A DNA stretch of 63,666 nt from Bacillota bacterium (GTDB lineage: Bacteria; Bacillota; Limnochordia; JAAZLZ01), in contig JAAYLV010000105.1 in NCBI GenBank assembly GCA_012521755.1, positions 1-63,666 on the forward strand. The letters run 5' to 3'. Below, piece by piece: positions 61,774-63,666 of the stretch; within the stretch, counting starts at the first letter, position 1, and every line of letters starts with the position of its first letter. A program made the position numbers and the translations under genes. The notes beneath the pieces were generated by a model. That model saw only the letters and a list, made by a program, of their open reading frames with translations, was not told the DNA's origin and did no database searches.

Positions 61774-62739
61774 TTGCGTGATAGTTGGCATAAGTACATG
61801 AGCTTAGGCTATGTGCACACGGTGGCCTTCCCTAATGGGGCGAAAGGAGAGGGTCCAATCAAGGATCAGGTGGCCCAGCTCTTGGCCGATGATGCCTACC
61901 GGGCCGTTGAGGTTTCCTGGGTGAAAGACCCGGCGGAGCGGGAAAAGCTGGCTGGATTCTTGGCCGAGGCTGATGTGGATGTGGTCTTCTTGACCTCCTT
62001 CCCGATGACGGCCCACGGGGTCTACTTTTGCGACCTGTCGGAGGAGGGGCGTCAGGCTGCCGTGGAACTTGGCAAGAAGCTGATCGATGAGGCTTACCTT
62101 TACGGGGCCAGGATGATGCTGGTGGGGAGCGGTCCCTATCCGGGACCGGAAAAGCGCGATCAGGGCCTAAAGCAGCTGGCCAAGTCTCTTGGGGAGCTTT
62201 GCAGCTATGCCCGCAGCAAGGCTAAGGACCACGTCCTGACCATCACCCTGGAGCATTTTGACCGGGATGTGGACAAGAAGTTCCTCCTCGGCCCCACGGT
62301 GGAGACGGCGGAGTTCATCCGGGAGCTTCGCAAGGAGCATGACAATCTTGGCGTCACCCTGGATCAAAGCCATCTGTACCAGCTTGGGGAGGATGCGGAG
62401 GAAAGCGCCCGACTGCTTGGGGACCTCATCGTCCACGCCCATTTTGCCAATTGCGTCGTTAAGGATCAGTCTCATCCCTTGTACGGGGACAAGCACACGC
62501 CCTTCAATATCCCCGGGGGAGAGGTCGGTCCGGAGCAGATCGCAAGCTTCCTAGAGGCCCTAGCGAAATCCGGGTACTTGTCCCGCCCCCAGCCCACCAG
62601 GCGGCCGGTGGTGAGCCTGGAGGTCAATGTCATGTCGGGCGAAGGATCGCCAGAAGAGATCATCCAGGCAACCAAGGAAGCTTTCCTGAAAGGTTGGGAG
62701 CTGGCGGAGTTGGGTATTGCTCCTCGGTTCGAAGTGTAA
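61774..62739 (+). CDS. Sugar phosphate isomerase/epimerase-fold protein (xylose isomerase-like TIM barrel)
   Basis: 321 aa. 'ITLEHFDRD', 'LGVTLDQSHL' and 'HAHFANC' are typical of AP-endonuclease-2/xylose-isomerase-like barrels. TTG start after AGGAGGTGG. Confidence 0.65.
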   Translation: MRDSWHKYMSLGYVHTVAFPNGAKGEGPIKDQVAQLLADDAYRAVEVSWVKDPAEREKLAGFLAEADVDVVFLTSFPMTAHGVYFCDLSEEGRQAAVELGKKLIDEAYLYGARMMLVGSGPYPGPEKRDQGLKQLAKSLGELCSYARSKAKDHVLTITLEHFDRDVDKKFLLGPTVETAEFIRELRKEHDNLGVTLDQSHLYQLGEDAEESARLLGDLIVHAHFANCVVKDQSHPLYGDKHTPFNIPGGEVGPEQIASFLEALAKSGYLSRPQPTRRPVVSLEVNVMSGEGSPEEIIQATKEAFLKGWELAELGIAPRFEV

Positions 62740-62754
62740 TAGAATAGTTGCCAC

Positions 62755-62975
62755 AAGCGGCGATGCAGGGGCCATTAGGGCCGGAGGCCCTCCCACAGAG
62801 AGCCGGGGGATGGTGGAACCCGGTGGAGGGAGCGGTCCTATCCACCCCGAAGGCTGGCGGCGATGAGCCGTCCCGGTTCACACCCGTTATCGTGTCCAAA
62901 GGTGGCTGCACGGCAGCAACCGGGGTGGCAACGCGGGATGATTGTCCCGTCCCCGAAGAGGGGACGGGACTTTTC
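62755..62975 (+). promoter_or_regulatory. T-box leader riboswitch controlling serS
   Basis: 'GGCGATG', 'CAGAGAG', distal 'GATGGTGGAA', 'CCGTTATC', the T-box sequence 'AACCGGGGTGGCAACGCGGGA' (62918-62938), and the terminator gtcccgtcccc-gaag-aggggacgggac plus TTTT (62944-62974). The Ser codons AGC and UCC lie on the descending strand of stem I. Confidence 0.85.
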
Positions 62976-63016
62976 TATCTCCCGATGGAAACAATAGGGT
63001 TGGAGGAGGTTCCGTT

Positions 63017-63666
63017 ATGCTTGACTTAAGGCTGATTCGCAAGGACCCGGACTTGGTCCGCAAATCCCTTCGCAACCGGGGGGAGGATACCGCACCTTTG
63101 GATGAGGTGCTGACCCTTGATGAGGAGCATCGCAAGCTCCTCGCGGAGGTGGAAGAGCTTCGCGCCCAGCGAAACAAGGCATCCCAGGAGATCGCCGCAT
63201 ACAAACGACAGGGACAGGATCCTGGCGAGCTCATGGAGCAAATGCGGGAGGTCTCCGACCGGATCAAAGAACTGGAAGGGGAGATCCGGGAGCTTAGCGA
63301 TCGCATCAATGGACTGCTGCTCAGGATGCCCAACATTCCCCACTCTTCGGTCCCCATCGGCCCCACCGAGGCGGAGAATGTGGAAGTCAGGCGCTGGGGC
63401 GAGCCCCGCCAGTTTGATTTCGAACCAAAGCCCCACTGGGATTTGGGCGCTGAGCTTGGGATTTTGGATTTTGAACGGGCTGGGAAGGTGACGGGAGCGC
63501 GCTTTGTCTTCTTGAAGGGCCTCGGCGCTCGGCTGGAGCGGGCCGTGATCAATTTCATGCTGGATCTGCACACCAAAGAGCACGGCTACACCGAAATCTT
63601 TCCGCCTTTCCTGGCCAACGAGGCCAGCATGATTGGCACAGGCCAGCTGCCCAAGTTCGGCGAGGA
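63017..63666 (+). CDS. serS: Seryl-tRNA synthetase (5' part; runs off the window)
   Basis: Hand translation gives [22 protein letters not shown]...[12 protein letters not shown]...[10 protein letters not shown]...GARF.FLKG.GARLERA.INFMLD.H...GY.E. GGAGGAGG lies upstream. Absent from the track because no stop codon falls in the window. Confidence 0.93.
   Translation, partial: MLDLRLIRKDPDLVRKSLRNRGEDTAPLDEVLTLDEEHRKLLAEVEELRAQRNKASQEIAAYKRQGQDPGELMEQMREVSDRIKELEGEIRELSDRINGLLLRMPNIPHSSVPIGPTEAENVEVRRWGEPRQFDFEPKPHWDLGAELGILDFERAGKVTGARFVFLKGLGARLERAVINFMLDLHTKEHGYTEIFPPFLANEASMIGTGQLPKFGE

Overview
This is the replication-origin region of a visibly GC-rich, endospore-former-type Bacillota (Firmicutes) chromosome, and almost all of it is core housekeeping DNA. 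The left arm runs on the minus strand. It carries amidase, ykuK, rsmA, yabE-like, a 64-aa ORF, dnaB and a DnaD-domain gene. Next come ddl, aroE, a Lon-family protease, rplI, yybS, a MazG-like gene, and rpsR-ssb-rpsF. These are followed by ychF, pheA-aroF behind a T-box leader, the glycine-cleavage operon with a lipoate ligase-family gene, ilvE, larC-larB, and an extra MinD/ParA-like ATPase. The arm ends with spo0J-soj-noc, rsmG-mnmG-mnmE, and jag-yidC-yidD-rnpA-rpmH. The origin is bipartite. At least 13 DnaA boxes lie between rpmH and dnaA, and at least 9 more, plus trinucleotide repeats and an AT-rich stretch, lie between dnaA and dnaN. The right arm runs on the plus strand. It carries dnaA, dnaN, yaaA, recF, remB, gyrB (interrupted by an in-frame 311-aa intein), gyrA, archease-rtcB and a YlbF-like gene. 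It continues with trpB2, an HD-GYP protein, glyA, a four-subunit 2-oxoacid:ferredoxin oxidoreductase, a sugar-phosphate isomerase-fold gene, and T-box-controlled serS, which is truncated at the window edge. No CRISPR array, IS element, prophage, rRNA or tRNA was seen. The most unusual items are these. (1) A GHKL-ATPase plus winged-HTH fusion gene sits inside the origin, between the upstream DnaA-box cluster and dnaA. (2) A third deviant-Walker-A ATPase with an extra N-terminal domain sits directly downstream of spo0J. (3) The GyrB intein uses Ser1 and Thr+1 and has what look like degenerate endonuclease motifs. (4) A parS-like site lies inside spo0J and a perfect Noc-binding palindrome lies inside noc. 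All functional calls come from reading motifs in the supplied translations and from memory of the families involved. No database search was run.
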